Part shown: piece after piece, positions 39,404-47,349 of the stretch
How the letters are laid out: every line of letters begins with the position of its first letter
Numbering within the stretch: position 1 is the first letter of the stretch
Virus record (IMG/VR): IMGVR_UViG_3300049893_000724
Span: 120,460 to 184,459 of that record
Source of the DNA: a virus
DNA: 64,000 nt
Strand: one strand, 5' to 3'
Position numbers and translations under genes: made by a program
Notes under the pieces: model-generated
Told to the model about the DNA's origin: nothing
Seen by the model: the letters and a program-made list of their open reading frames with translations, nothing else
Database searches by the model: none

Positions 39404-39718
39404 TTACCCATTTCTTCCATACCAAGCAAGAAACCCAATAATTGCAGCAACTGGTATAACAATCCACCAGTATTCTACAATCAACCAAATACCAAACACA
39501 ATTGCCGCTAACCATACATAACCCTCAACATCTCCATCAGATGAAGAAGAAGAACTGTTGGACTTTACTTCTCTCAAATTGACGATTTGTTGAACATCTC
39601 CGTGCTTGGCATAGATTTGTTCTTTCGCACCAGAGAATGTTGCAGCTTCAACCTCTGTGTTAATCCTACCGACGCGGGAGTTGACGAATACTTCTGCTCT
39701 CCAAGTTGCCATTACCAA
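39404..39718 (-). CDS. Membrane-anchored hypothetical protein
   Basis: C-terminal hydrophobic helices after a Ser-rich linker. Confidence 0.75.
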   Translation of the reverse strand: MVMATWRAEVFVNSRVGRINTEVEAATFSGAKEQIYAKHGDVQQIVNLREVKSNSSSSSSDGDVEGYVWLAAIVFGIWLIVEYWWIVIPVAAIIGFLAWYGRNG

Positions 39719-39966
39719 GTTCCTCTCTGAATGTGGATTTTGCGGACTTCCTGATACAGAAAATGCCGAAGTTTAGGGTCGGTAGTGTTATCAAAAGCAT
39801 AATACAATCGGTTCAGGTATTCATCTTGTGTCGAACCTATGTTACCATCACCACCAAGGTCATTGAGTGAAGAACCTGCTTTAGCTTTGGCACGTCCAAA
39901 GTTACCAGTGATGTTACCTTGTGTTCTTAGTTTCGGACGGATCTTTGAGAGATTAGAGTAAGTCAT
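39712..39966 (-). CDS. Hypothetical protein
   Basis: ORF track. Confidence 0.75.
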   Translation of the reverse strand: MTYSNLSKIRPKLRTQGNITGNFGRAKAKAGSSLNDLGGDGNIGSTQDEYLNRLYYAFDNTTDPKLRHFLYQEVRKIHIQRGTW

Positions 39967-40223
39967 CGTGCTACAATGTCCAGAGTTTCCATCAACATCA
40001 TCGCAAGTTCAGTCCGATTGTCTTCATCAACCACAGGAATGTTAGTTTCTACAAACTCACTCACAATTTCTTGCAGAAGGTCAGTCATTCGCTGGTCAGC
40101 ATACACATAACCTGCCAATTCATTCTTGAAACCGTCACGCAACAATCGCAGAGATTTTGTTACAGTGCGTTCTTGAGTAGTGTCAGTCATTTGAGGAAAG
40201 ATTTGTGTTTGGAGATACATCAA
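39963..40223 (-). CDS. Hypothetical protein
   Basis: ORF track; start probably MTDTT. Confidence 0.7.
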   Translation of the reverse strand: MMYLQTQIFPQMTDTTQERTVTKSLRLLRDGFKNELAGYVYADQRMTDLLQEIVSEFVETNIPVVDEDNRTELAMMLMETLDIVAR

Positions 40224-40678
40224 CGAGCGTACAAATAACCACCCGACCAGTCTGCATTTTCCAGCAGGTATTCACGATCAGCAATCAATCGCAGATCATA
40301 GCGTACACCTTGAGCAGGAGCTTTCCAAGAAGCAGACTTATACACTTCACCAGTCTTTTTATCAACGAAGCAGTGAGCAGAGCGACCACCGCCACCATCA
40401 ATAAAGATGACTTTGTGATACTTTTTGCCAGACTCGATGACATAATCAATGTCACACTTGCCAGACTTCAGTTCATCAATCTTGCGCTGATGATACTGTG
40501 ACTGAACCGAATCAGTGTTGTCGTAAGTATAATTGAAGTTCTCAATCGCTCGCTGATGTCCGCGAATCGAATACTGACGATAATTGTCTTTCAGTGCTTC
40601 AATCAGCAGATAGGTATTCTTGAGGACCGAATCTGCAATGATTTGTTGTGCTTGTGCTTGCATAGTAGTGGTGCTCAT
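40220..40678 (-). CDS. Early hypothetical protein (HCFVDKKTGEVYKSASWKAPA motif)
   Basis: First gene after R6; phage-type conserved motif. Confidence 0.8.
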   Translation of the reverse strand: MSTTTMQAQAQQIIADSVLKNTYLLIEALKDNYRQYSIRGHQRAIENFNYTYDNTDSVQSQYHQRKIDELKSGKCDIDYVIESGKKYHKVIFIDGGGGRSAHCFVDKKTGEVYKSASWKAPAQGVRYDLRLIADREYLLENADWSGGYLYAR

Positions 40679-40687
40679 ACTATAGGG

Positions 40688-40706
40688 ACACTTTAAGTGG
40701 CTCAGT
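40688..40706 (-). repeat. Cassette repeat R6
   Basis: Exact 19-mer. Confidence 0.9.
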
Positions 40707-40711
40707 TACAT

Positions 40712-41623
40712 TCACCAATTCTTTGCTAGGTTAAAATTTGCGCGACTGAATTGATAGCGGTCAACAATCTTGAAAGTGCCATAATTATTGACCATAACAT
40801 AACCTTCGTGATCACTTTGTTGACCATCAATCTCACAAAGGATTTCATCGTCACGCTCAATGAACCAGAACAAATCCATCTTGATTGAATACACCAACTT
40901 CCAAAGCCGAATCAGGTTGACATCACATTCACATTCTGATGCAATGTCATACTCAGCGACCTCATCAATTTGTTCACCCTCGCGGATGTAGCGATTGATA
41001 ACTTTTTTGAGTTCTTTCGCTTGCTTTTCATTCACGAAGTCGCAAAGAGTGCTCATTTGTTTAGCAAACTTGCACACATCTTCAATATCTTCACGATAAG
41101 GAGAGATCTCTGCTTCGGGACGCACAAACTTGCAGTATTTTGTGCTAATCAGATCACCTTCCAATGGATGAGCTTCCATCTCAGGAAGATAGTCTCCAGT
41201 GTAGTAAGTGTGAGGAGCAATGATAATCTCCTCACGCACAATCTCAGGAAACTTGTAAGTAATGGTATTGGGTCGGAATGTATCCAACCCTTTACCAAAA
41301 CCAATCCAATCACCTTGAAACACACCCTCAGTTTTAGGCAGAAACTCAAGGCAATAGATGAGGATTTGAGTTACACGCGGTTGACCACCAAAGTGCTCAA
41401 AAATGTCATCTTCATTATAGCAAAGACGAATCTTTTGCTTGTTAAATGCTGCCTTGGTGCATACAAAAAACTCACCATTTTGAGGATTAGTTCCCCACAC
41501 AATCGCAGGAGCACCATCAATCTTTACACTGATGTTGCTGTCGGTTTCATACATCCAATCCAGCACAGATAGATCCCCAGTGAGGATACAATCTTCGGGA
41601 TGTTCCAGGTGTTTGTTCTGCAT
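40712..41623 (-). CDS. Ligase-superfamily nucleotidyltransferase (DUF6267 / RNA-ligase-like)
   Basis: KHLEHPED start; motif I VKIDG, III FQGD, IV HEGYV, V FKIVDR. Confidence 0.6.
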   Translation of the reverse strand: MQNKHLEHPEDCILTGDLSVLDWMYETDSNISVKIDGAPAIVWGTNPQNGEFFVCTKAAFNKQKIRLCYNEDDIFEHFGGQPRVTQILIYCLEFLPKTEGVFQGDWIGFGKGLDTFRPNTITYKFPEIVREEIIIAPHTYYTGDYLPEMEAHPLEGDLISTKYCKFVRPEAEISPYREDIEDVCKFAKQMSTLCDFVNEKQAKELKKVINRYIREGEQIDEVAEYDIASECECDVNLIRLWKLVYSIKMDLFWFIERDDEILCEIDGQQSDHEGYVMVNNYGTFKIVDRYQFSRANFNLAKNW

Positions 41624-41632
41624 ACTATAGGG

Positions 41633-41651
41633 ACACTTTAAGTGGCTCAGT
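41633..41651 (-). repeat. Cassette repeat R7
   Basis: Exact 19-mer; supplies the TGA stop of the methyltransferase. Confidence 0.9.
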
Positions 41652-42210
41652 TTTCATCAAGAGGCAGTTTTGCAGCAGAGTTACTCTTTGGTATGATAAG
41701 TTCTTCCATAATGATTTGCTTTGGTAGAAAGTTCCAGCAATAGTAACTAGAACTGAACGTAATCTTGTCGTTTGGTCTACCATCAGGACTATGAAACTTC
41801 ATCCGTTTATCAAACATTAGTAGTTGCAGATCCTTATCCTTAAACAACTGTTTGGGAGCACTATCATTCAACCAGGTGTTAGTCATAATGAGGGCAAATG
41901 GTTTCCCAAAAGATAATGCTCGCTCAAAGAACTTACGTTTGTTGGTGAATGGTGGATTGGATACGATTACATCCCACTCAAAGTCAGGAACATAAGTGAG
42001 AAAATCTTGTCCCGTTGAAATGTGTGTGGAGATGACTAGATTTTGTGCTCCAATCTGCTTGACAAACTCACTCTCTTTGGTATCAAATGGACACCAGACC
42101 TTTGCATCTTTGGGAATGTATTTGAGAATGGGAGTTACACCGTATGCAGGAGTATAGCACTCGTCATTGTTACCCTGCGAGTACATTAGTTTGCCACTAT
42201 CAAGAGTCAT
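41647..42210 (-). CDS. Amino (N6A/N4C) DNA methyltransferase
   Basis: DECYTP, VWCPFD (degenerate motif I), GQDF, DVIVSNPPF (motif IV). Confidence 0.75.
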   Translation of the reverse strand: MTLDSGKLMYSQGNNDECYTPAYGVTPILKYIPKDAKVWCPFDTKESEFVKQIGAQNLVISTHISTGQDFLTYVPDFEWDVIVSNPPFTNKRKFFERALSFGKPFALIMTNTWLNDSAPKQLFKDKDLQLLMFDKRMKFHSPDGRPNDKITFSSSYYCWNFLPKQIIMEELIIPKSNSAAKLPLDEN

Positions 42211-42704
42211 ACAATACGAGTCCCAAATTGTTGGATTTCTTTCTTAGTCAGACTACCAGAGAGACGGGGATCTTTGTGCTTGCCGTGAATCTTACGCTCC
42301 CAATCTTTCTTGAGTTTAGGAAGAAGAATCATCAGCACATCATCACCAGTCAGTTTCCACACTTCCACAACTTTGCCACCTTCATAACGTGCAATGTAGT
42401 GGTTGGAGTATTTACCAAGCTTTTCTTCAATCAGATAACGCTCCTGCTCTTCCCAAGTATCTTGAACACTGATACCATTATACGTCCCATTGATAGAATT
42501 AGCAATGGTAGACTTATACTCACATTCACCCGATTCATCTACAGCATCAGCACCAGAATAGGTTTCTGCTACTTTATGCCCAAGAATACCAGCAAGATGT
42601 ATCTCACGAGAGCGAGCATAACTGAAAGGATCTCCCCAACCTTGTTCATCACAAAGTTGATACATTTCCTCAAACAGTTGTTGAAACCTTTGTTCTGGTG
42701 TCAC
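42207..42704 (-). CDS. PvuII-like PD-(D/E)xK restriction endonuclease
   Basis: GADAVDESGECEYKS vs recalled PvuII GNDAVDNAGQEYELKS; similarity continues to the C-terminus (DWERK..GKHKD...FGTRIV); ATGA overlap with the MTase. Confidence 0.7.
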   Translation of the reverse strand: MTPEQRFQQLFEEMYQLCDEQGWGDPFSYARSREIHLAGILGHKVAETYSGADAVDESGECEYKSTIANSINGTYNGISVQDTWEEQERYLIEEKLGKYSNHYIARYEGGKVVEVWKLTGDDVLMILLPKLKKDWERKIHGKHKDPRLSGSLTKKEIQQFGTRIV

Positions 42705-42728
42705 GGGTGTTCATTATCTACTAAAGGG

Positions 42729-42747
42729 ACACTTTAAGTGGCTCAGT
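42729..42747 (-). repeat. Cassette repeat R8
   Basis: Exact 19-mer; supplies the TGA stop of 42743..42931. Confidence 0.9.
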
Positions 42748-42931
42748 TTTCATCAACTGGCAGTTGTGCTACACTTTTGCCTTTCTTGTGGTCGTTGATG
42801 TACTTTCGTGCAGATGCTTCAGTTCTACACAGTTTCTCAAGTTGTTGACCGTTGTGGATAATGATGTATCCTTTGTTGCCATAAGGAACTGCTGCATAGA
42901 AATCCTTATACATTGTGAACCCTTCTTTCAT
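42743..42931 (-). CDS. Hypothetical protein
   Basis: ORF track; ATGA overlap. Confidence 0.75.
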   Translation of the reverse strand: MKEGFTMYKDFYAAVPYGNKGYIIIHNGQQLEKLCRTEASARKYINDHKKGKSVAQLPVDEN

Positions 42932-43458
42932 ACTAGAAACCTCTTTTCATACTCTAGAAGATCGGAAGGTGCTGGGATAATGTTGTCATCGTATTCTACA
43001 GCAGTTTTCCAGCTTGCGCCAGTCTTGCGATACAATTTGATGCCAAGATGCTGATACTTGAGATTAGTAGGGACGTGAACTTTATAGTCCACACCATCAT
43101 TCTCCGTCAGCATACTCAACCGCTTGTTCTCATCCTTGGTGACCGTAATCGTGGAACAAGATAACCAGAACAGGTTCTCAAATATGTCATAATCAGACAA
43201 ATACTTGTATGGGTTGTCCATAATCATCCGACCAATGAATTGTGGCGACAAACAGTGATCATGAGTACGCTCTTTTGGATTATCCTTTGCTGCCTCACTT
43301 ATCAAACCAAGATGATTGACCTGAGCACAATCAAACACACCAATGTAGTAAATGCGTGTGATGGGTCGGAAGAAATCAGGTTCGCCCCAGTTGTCTATAT
43401 TTGCCTGCAGAGAGTTAAATGTAGTTTGGCAGTAGGCTTTCCAGTTCTTGGAGTTCAT
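42928..43458 (-). CDS. Hypothetical protein, possible His-Me finger nuclease
   Basis: THDHCLSP...TITVTKDEN pattern. Confidence 0.5.
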   Translation of the reverse strand: MNSKNWKAYCQTTFNSLQANIDNWGEPDFFRPITRIYYIGVFDCAQVNHLGLISEAAKDNPKERTHDHCLSPQFIGRMIMDNPYKYLSDYDIFENLFWLSCSTITVTKDENKRLSMLTENDGVDYKVHVPTNLKYQHLGIKLYRKTGASWKTAVEYDDNIIPAPSDLLEYEKRFLV

Positions 43459-43560
43459 TTTAATAAAAAGCGGTGATCTGGTTGCGGTGGATGGGTTCTA
43501 GGTCGCTTGCAGTAGAATTGCAGAAAAATCAGGTTTTTGGCCTAGTGGCCATCAGGGTTC

Positions 43561-44742
43561 TCACCGCTTGATGACCGACACGGCAGGTTGACCCTGATTG
43601 AAGATAGTATCAACAACTGCCTGCACTTTGCGTGAGGTGCTGATGCCAACCTTGTCATATACAGGCACACAAACCAGACCAAACTTCTTGGTTTCGTCAC
43701 CCAAACGGATCACACGTCCGATAGTCTGAGAGATGCCAATGTAATCCATATTCCGCATAAACAACACCGCTTCCAATCCAGACACATTAATGCCCTCAGA
43801 TAGGATGCTGTGGTGAATGACAACAAATCGCTTGCTGCTATCCTTACCCCAAGCATTGAGGGTATCAAAGAATACCTCACGGTCAACTTTCTTGCCGTCA
43901 ATGACAGCACCAGTCTTGGCAGTAATATACATCCAAGAGTAACCACGTTGCTCTAGTTGAGCACAGAAGTCTGATTGAGAAACAAGACCCACAATCTGTT
44001 TGGTAGAGCGAGCACAAATCAGAATCTTGCTGAGGTTCTGGTCATCAATCGTCTCCATCAGATTGTCAGCGTCACGCTCAAAGATCATCTGCCGATCTTG
44101 AACCATAGGCAGTTGCTTCACGACAACTTTAGGAGGCAAAATGTATCCACCATCAACCAACTCAGGAGCAGGAACTTGGCAGATTACCTGACCATAAACC
44201 TCAGGGAGGTTCATCCCAGGTTTAGAAATAGTGGTAGAATGTTTGGGAGTTGCAGTGAAGAAGTAGCAACGGTTAGCATTAGCACTGAAGTGCTCAGTTG
44301 CAGGGAAAAAGTGACGCTGAACGCTGTTATGTGCCTCATCAAAGTAGATCGTATCCACATCAATCTCAGCATCAACCAGACGCTGCAAAGAGTTGTACGT
44401 GGTGAAGATCAACTGATGACGATTAGCAGCGGCACACATACCTGCGTGAACAACAATGTCGGCAGGTTTGGTAGTGCTAACGTGATGAGTTTCGCCACTG
44501 TGAACGTGCAGAACTTCAGCGTTGGTGATGTGCTCCAGAAACTCAGAAGAGAGTTGCTCAGCAAGCAGAATACGGGGAGCAACAACTACAACAGTCTGCG
44601 GAGTTTCAGACTGAAACTGACGCATTGTATCATAGATCATCTTCAGCGTTTTACCGCCACCAGTAGGAACAATCACTTGGCCCTTGCTGTGCTTCTGCAT
44701 CGCAGCAATAGCACGGGATTGATGAGGACGAAGAGTAATCAT
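43561..44742 (-). CDS. Superfamily 2 helicase/ATPase (ResIII-like DEAD/DEAH box)
   Basis: VPTGGGKT, YFDEAH, FFTAT, ILSEGINV, SQTIGRVIR. Confidence 0.9.
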   Translation of the reverse strand: MITLRPHQSRAIAAMQKHSKGQVIVPTGGGKTLKMIYDTMRQFQSETPQTVVVVAPRILLAEQLSSEFLEHITNAEVLHVHSGETHHVSTTKPADIVVHAGMCAAANRHQLIFTTYNSLQRLVDAEIDVDTIYFDEAHNSVQRHFFPATEHFSANANRCYFFTATPKHSTTISKPGMNLPEVYGQVICQVPAPELVDGGYILPPKVVVKQLPMVQDRQMIFERDADNLMETIDDQNLSKILICARSTKQIVGLVSQSDFCAQLEQRGYSWMYITAKTGAVIDGKKVDREVFFDTLNAWGKDSSKRFVVIHHSILSEGINVSGLEAVLFMRNMDYIGISQTIGRVIRLGDETKKFGLVCVPVYDKVGISTSRKVQAVVDTIFNQGQPAVSVIKR

Positions 44743-44783
44743 TACAAATTACAGTGTTTCAGGTGGTTTGGTATCTAAAAGAC

Positions 44784-44819
44784 ATTATAGCACCCTTCTA
44801 GGCGATTGTGAAGGGTGCT
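44784..44819 (-). promoter_or_regulatory. Sigma70-type promoter with embedded stem-loop
   Basis: TTCACA-17-TATAAT; AGCACCCTTC/GAAGGGTGCT 10-bp stem. Confidence 0.7.
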
Positions 44820-44840
44820 GATGATGTATCTGTAACTAGA

Positions 44841-44859
44841 ACACTTTGAGTGGCTCAGT
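44841..44859 (-). repeat. Cassette repeat R9 (one mismatch, ACACTTTGAGTGGCTCAGT)
   Basis: 18/19 identity; lacks the TAGTAT extension. Confidence 0.8.
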
Positions 44860-45464
44860 TAATCTTTGCCGCCTTCGTCACCTGTTCCAGTGTACTTGTG
44901 CTTTAATTGACTTTCTTTCTTCTTACCAGTTGCTTTCAACACAATGTCGCGTAGAGTTCTTCTACCTGCTCTCTTGAGTTGTCTCTTTTCTGCTCTGGTG
45001 TATTCACCTTTTACAGTTTTAACTTGCTTTTGGCGTTGTGGTGCTTCTTTCTTTTTCTTAAGAAGTTGTGATGCCGCTGATGTTAATTCTTTTTCTTTAG
45101 GTTTAGCAGCAGTTGCAGATGCGCCTGTTTTCTTTGCAGCAGCTCTTGCTCTTGCTGCTGCTACTCTTTCTGCTTTTGCTGCTGCTAATTGTTTCTCTCT
45201 TGCAGACCCACGCTCTTGTTCTGGTTGCTGAACTCTTGTTTCTGCTTTACGCTGAGTTCCAATATCTTTGCGTGGTTTGTATTCTTTGGCAGGAACAGTT
45301 TGTCCCCCACCTACTCTCTTTGTCCTGCGTCTTTCAGGAGCAGTTTTCTTACGCTCAGCTCCAACTCTTCCACCATCACCAACGCGACGGATTTGAGATG
45401 AACCCATAACACTAGCGTCATAGGCTGCTTCAGCAATCAAAACAAACTCCTGAAAGGTTTTCAT
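44859..45464 (-). CDS. Lys/Arg/Ala-rich protein with capsid-targeting-like N-terminus
   Basis: MKTFQEFVLIAEA...; late promoter CTAAATA at 45488-45494. Confidence 0.75.
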   Translation of the reverse strand: MKTFQEFVLIAEAAYDASVMGSSQIRRVGDGGRVGAERKKTAPERRRTKRVGGGQTVPAKEYKPRKDIGTQRKAETRVQQPEQERGSAREKQLAAAKAERVAAARARAAAKKTGASATAAKPKEKELTSAASQLLKKKKEAPQRQKQVKTVKGEYTRAEKRQLKRAGRRTLRDIVLKATGKKKESQLKHKYTGTGDEGGKD

Positions 45465-45487
45465 CAGTATCTAAACACTCTTTTTAG

Positions 45488-45494
45488 TATTTAG
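45488..45494 (-). promoter_or_regulatory. Late promoter (CTAAATA)
   Basis: Variant of the late consensus about 24 nt upstream of ATG 45464. Confidence 0.55.
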
Positions 45495-45691
45495 AACTCC
45501 TCCTCCTTTGCTTTATACGAACCCTTGAACACACGTCCCTCAGCATACAGTTGGCGGACACGTTCGCGGCGAGTAGCAATCAACAAATCGTATTGAGATT
45601 GTTGTTCCTTCGTGAACACAAAGTCTTGTTTCCGCCACGCATCTTTCAGTTCATTGATGTGAGGCAGCACATTAGCAATAGTTTCAGTCAT
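45491..45691 (-). CDS. Hypothetical protein
   Basis: Start taken at MTETIANVLP rather than the track start. Confidence 0.7.
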   Translation of the reverse strand: MTETIANVLPHINELKDAWRKQDFVFTKEQQSQYDLLIATRRERVRQLYAEGRVFKGSYKAKEEEF

Positions 45692-45695
45692 TGAA

Positions 45696-45884
45696 TCAAA
45701 AATCAAAGTTGGAGTTAAGGAAAGCGTTGAAAGATTTGTCGTTATCCTCTTCCTCAAAGAGGGGTTCATTCATTTCCTCAACAAAGTCAAAGGAAGAAAA
45801 CTCTTCAATTTGCAGATCGTCGAAGCAGTCCATAATTTGTTTGTTGCTTACACTATTGAAACACTTTAAGTGGCTCAGTTTCAA
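45696..45884 (-). CDS. Acidic hypothetical protein (true start downstream of R10)
   Basis: Track ORF runs through R10; likely start MDCFDD. Confidence 0.6.
   Translation of the reverse strand: MKLSHLKCFNSVSNKQIMDCFDDLQIEEFSSFDFVEEMNEPLFEEEDNDKSFNAFLNSNFDF
45861..45879 (-). repeat. Cassette repeat R10
   Basis: Exact 19-mer. Confidence 0.9.
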
Positions 45885-46076
45885 TCAACGGGACAGAATT
45901 GCTTTCATATTAGCACGCTTCGCTGCCTGTTGTGCTCTTGCTTCAGCACCTAACTCCTGGTGAACGTGCTTAATATGTGCAGTCTTTTGTGTTGCTTGGC
46001 GCTTAGCAACTTGTTGACTGTAGTAGTTTGGCTCCATATGTGGAGATTGTTCCATAAATTGCTGAAACGTCTTCAT
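45885..46076 (-). CDS. 63-aa basic protein with capsid-targeting-like N-terminus
   Basis: MKTFQQFMEQS...; late promoter ATAAATA at 46096-46102. Confidence 0.75.
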   Translation of the reverse strand: MKTFQQFMEQSPHMEPNYYSQQVAKRQATQKTAHIKHVHQELGAEARAQQAAKRANMKAILSR

Positions 46077-46306
46077 TTTACCAACACTTTTTCATTATTT
46101 ATTGTTGGGACATCATTCCAATGTCTTATGACCCCCGCACAAATGAAAAGATTAGTAATGAGATAAGTGAGAAATATAAAGATCCGTATATAAGCAATGT
46201 TGTCTGCTTCTCTGTCATTTTTACCTGCTTTTTCTCCTAATGCTTTAGCAACTAATCGGAACGCAGTTTCCTTCTTCTTCGTACACCGATTCTCTGGTTT
46301 TGACAT
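46073..46306 (-). CDS. Small membrane protein
   Basis: RLVAKALGEK...IAYIRIFIFLTYLITNLFICAGVIRHW. Confidence 0.7.
   Translation of the reverse strand: MSKPENRCTKKKETAFRLVAKALGEKAGKNDREADNIAYIRIFIFLTYLITNLFICAGVIRHWNDVPTINNEKVLVK
46096..46102 (-). promoter_or_regulatory. Late promoter (ATAAATA)
   Basis: 20 nt upstream of ATG 46076. Confidence 0.6.
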
Positions 46307-46514
46307 ACTCTAACTCACACCACTGTTCTGAATAACAAACCACAAGCAATCGGTCATTCCGATGTATTGAACACGCTTTATAGTTAGTCTTATCTTTAGG
46401 ACGCACCAATTCTTCAATTGTAATATACTCTTTATCTTTGAAATAAACCCAACCCTCAACACCTTTTCCGTTATTCCACTTCACATAGTCATTGACTTTG
46501 GGTTCGTAGGTCAT
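46245..46514 (-). CDS. Hypothetical protein
   Basis: ORF track; ATGA overlap. Confidence 0.75.
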   Translation of the reverse strand: MTYEPKVNDYVKWNNGKGVEGWVYFKDKEYITIEELVRPKDKTNYKACSIHRNDRLLVVCYSEQWCELEYVKTRESVYEEEGNCVPISC

Positions 46515-46810
46515 ACAAATGCACTTTCCAGGGGTGTTTGTTTGATAGGCATTGCTGTGTAGTTTCGAGTATTCTTAAACTCCACAACTTTACCAACTTC
46601 CTTACTATTTACAGGACTATAGAACTCACACTTTTTGTAGGAATAGAATCCCCAGATGGTGCGGGTCGGTTTTCCCAAATTGTAATCAAACCTGCGGTCA
46701 CAACGCAACCAAATAGAAAACACATTACGTTTGAACTCTTCAACTTCATAGGAATAACCTTTGGGTGGTTTATGCGTAAACTGAGGAATTAAATCAACAG
46801 AGAGTTTCAT
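46511..46810 (-). CDS. Hypothetical protein
   Basis: MKLSVDLIPQF...IWGFY...TAM. Confidence 0.75.
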   Translation of the reverse strand: MKLSVDLIPQFTHKPPKGYSYEVEEFKRNVFSIWLRCDRRFDYNLGKPTRTIWGFYSYKKCEFYSPVNSKEVGKVVEFKNTRNYTAMPIKQTPLESAFV

Positions 46811-46977
46811 CAACAATCGTAGAACTTTTCTTGAGTGAGAAGTTTAATCATTTCCTGAAGTTGCAGGATTTCCTGTTGCTGTTCTGTAATCTTTTGTTGT
46901 AGTTCTGTAATGCGTCCTTGATACTGTTCTTTTAATTCACCAACCATATGGTTGGTGTGAGATACATTTTGTGTCAC
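46810..46977 (-). CDS. 55-aa Gln/Glu coiled-coil protein (not in ORF track)
   Basis: GTG start overlapping the upstream stop; heptad pattern. Confidence 0.65.
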   Translation of the reverse strand: MTQNVSHTNHMVGELKEQYQGRITELQQKITEQQQEILQLQEMIKLLTQEKFYDC

Positions 46978-47216
46978 GTCGTAAAACTCTCAACAACTTC
47001 AGAATCTACATTTTCAGCAAGAGCAAATGTCACAGCATTAAGAATGTTTTCCTTCAAATCACTGTAGTATTTCTCATAGAAATTACCATCATCTTCAGCA
47101 GAAATCAAATCAAAACATTCATCATCATCCTCTGCAATGACATTCCAAACTCCACCATATTCTGATGCAGGAAAAGGAACATAGTGTTGAACGATGTAAA
47201 GAAACTTTTGTGCCAT
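46974..47216 (-). CDS. Acidic hypothetical protein
   Basis: Downstream of promoter 47240-47268. Confidence 0.8.
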   Translation of the reverse strand: MAQKFLYIVQHYVPFPASEYGGVWNVIAEDDDECFDLISAEDDGNFYEKYYSDLKENILNAVTFALAENVDSEVVESFTT

Positions 47217-47239
47217 TGTTGTTTGTAGATTACCTCTTA

Positions 47240-47268
47240 ATTGTAGTAGTTTTTGTCGCCTTCGTCAA
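47240..47268 (-). promoter_or_regulatory. Sigma70-type promoter
   Basis: TTGACG-17-TACAAT, GAGG SD downstream. Confidence 0.8.
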
Positions 47269-47349
47269 GGTTGTTTCGGTCAGCCGCAAATATAAATGCT
47301 GCACCGATTGTGAGTAGAGAACCAAGACCCATTCCAAGTAGAAAAGTCA

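Noticed and set aside
43975-44778. 267-aa plus-strand ORF, and similar ones at 40970..41572 and 42144..42737
   Set aside because: Antisense shadows of well-supported minus-strand genes; no motifs, promoter or RBS
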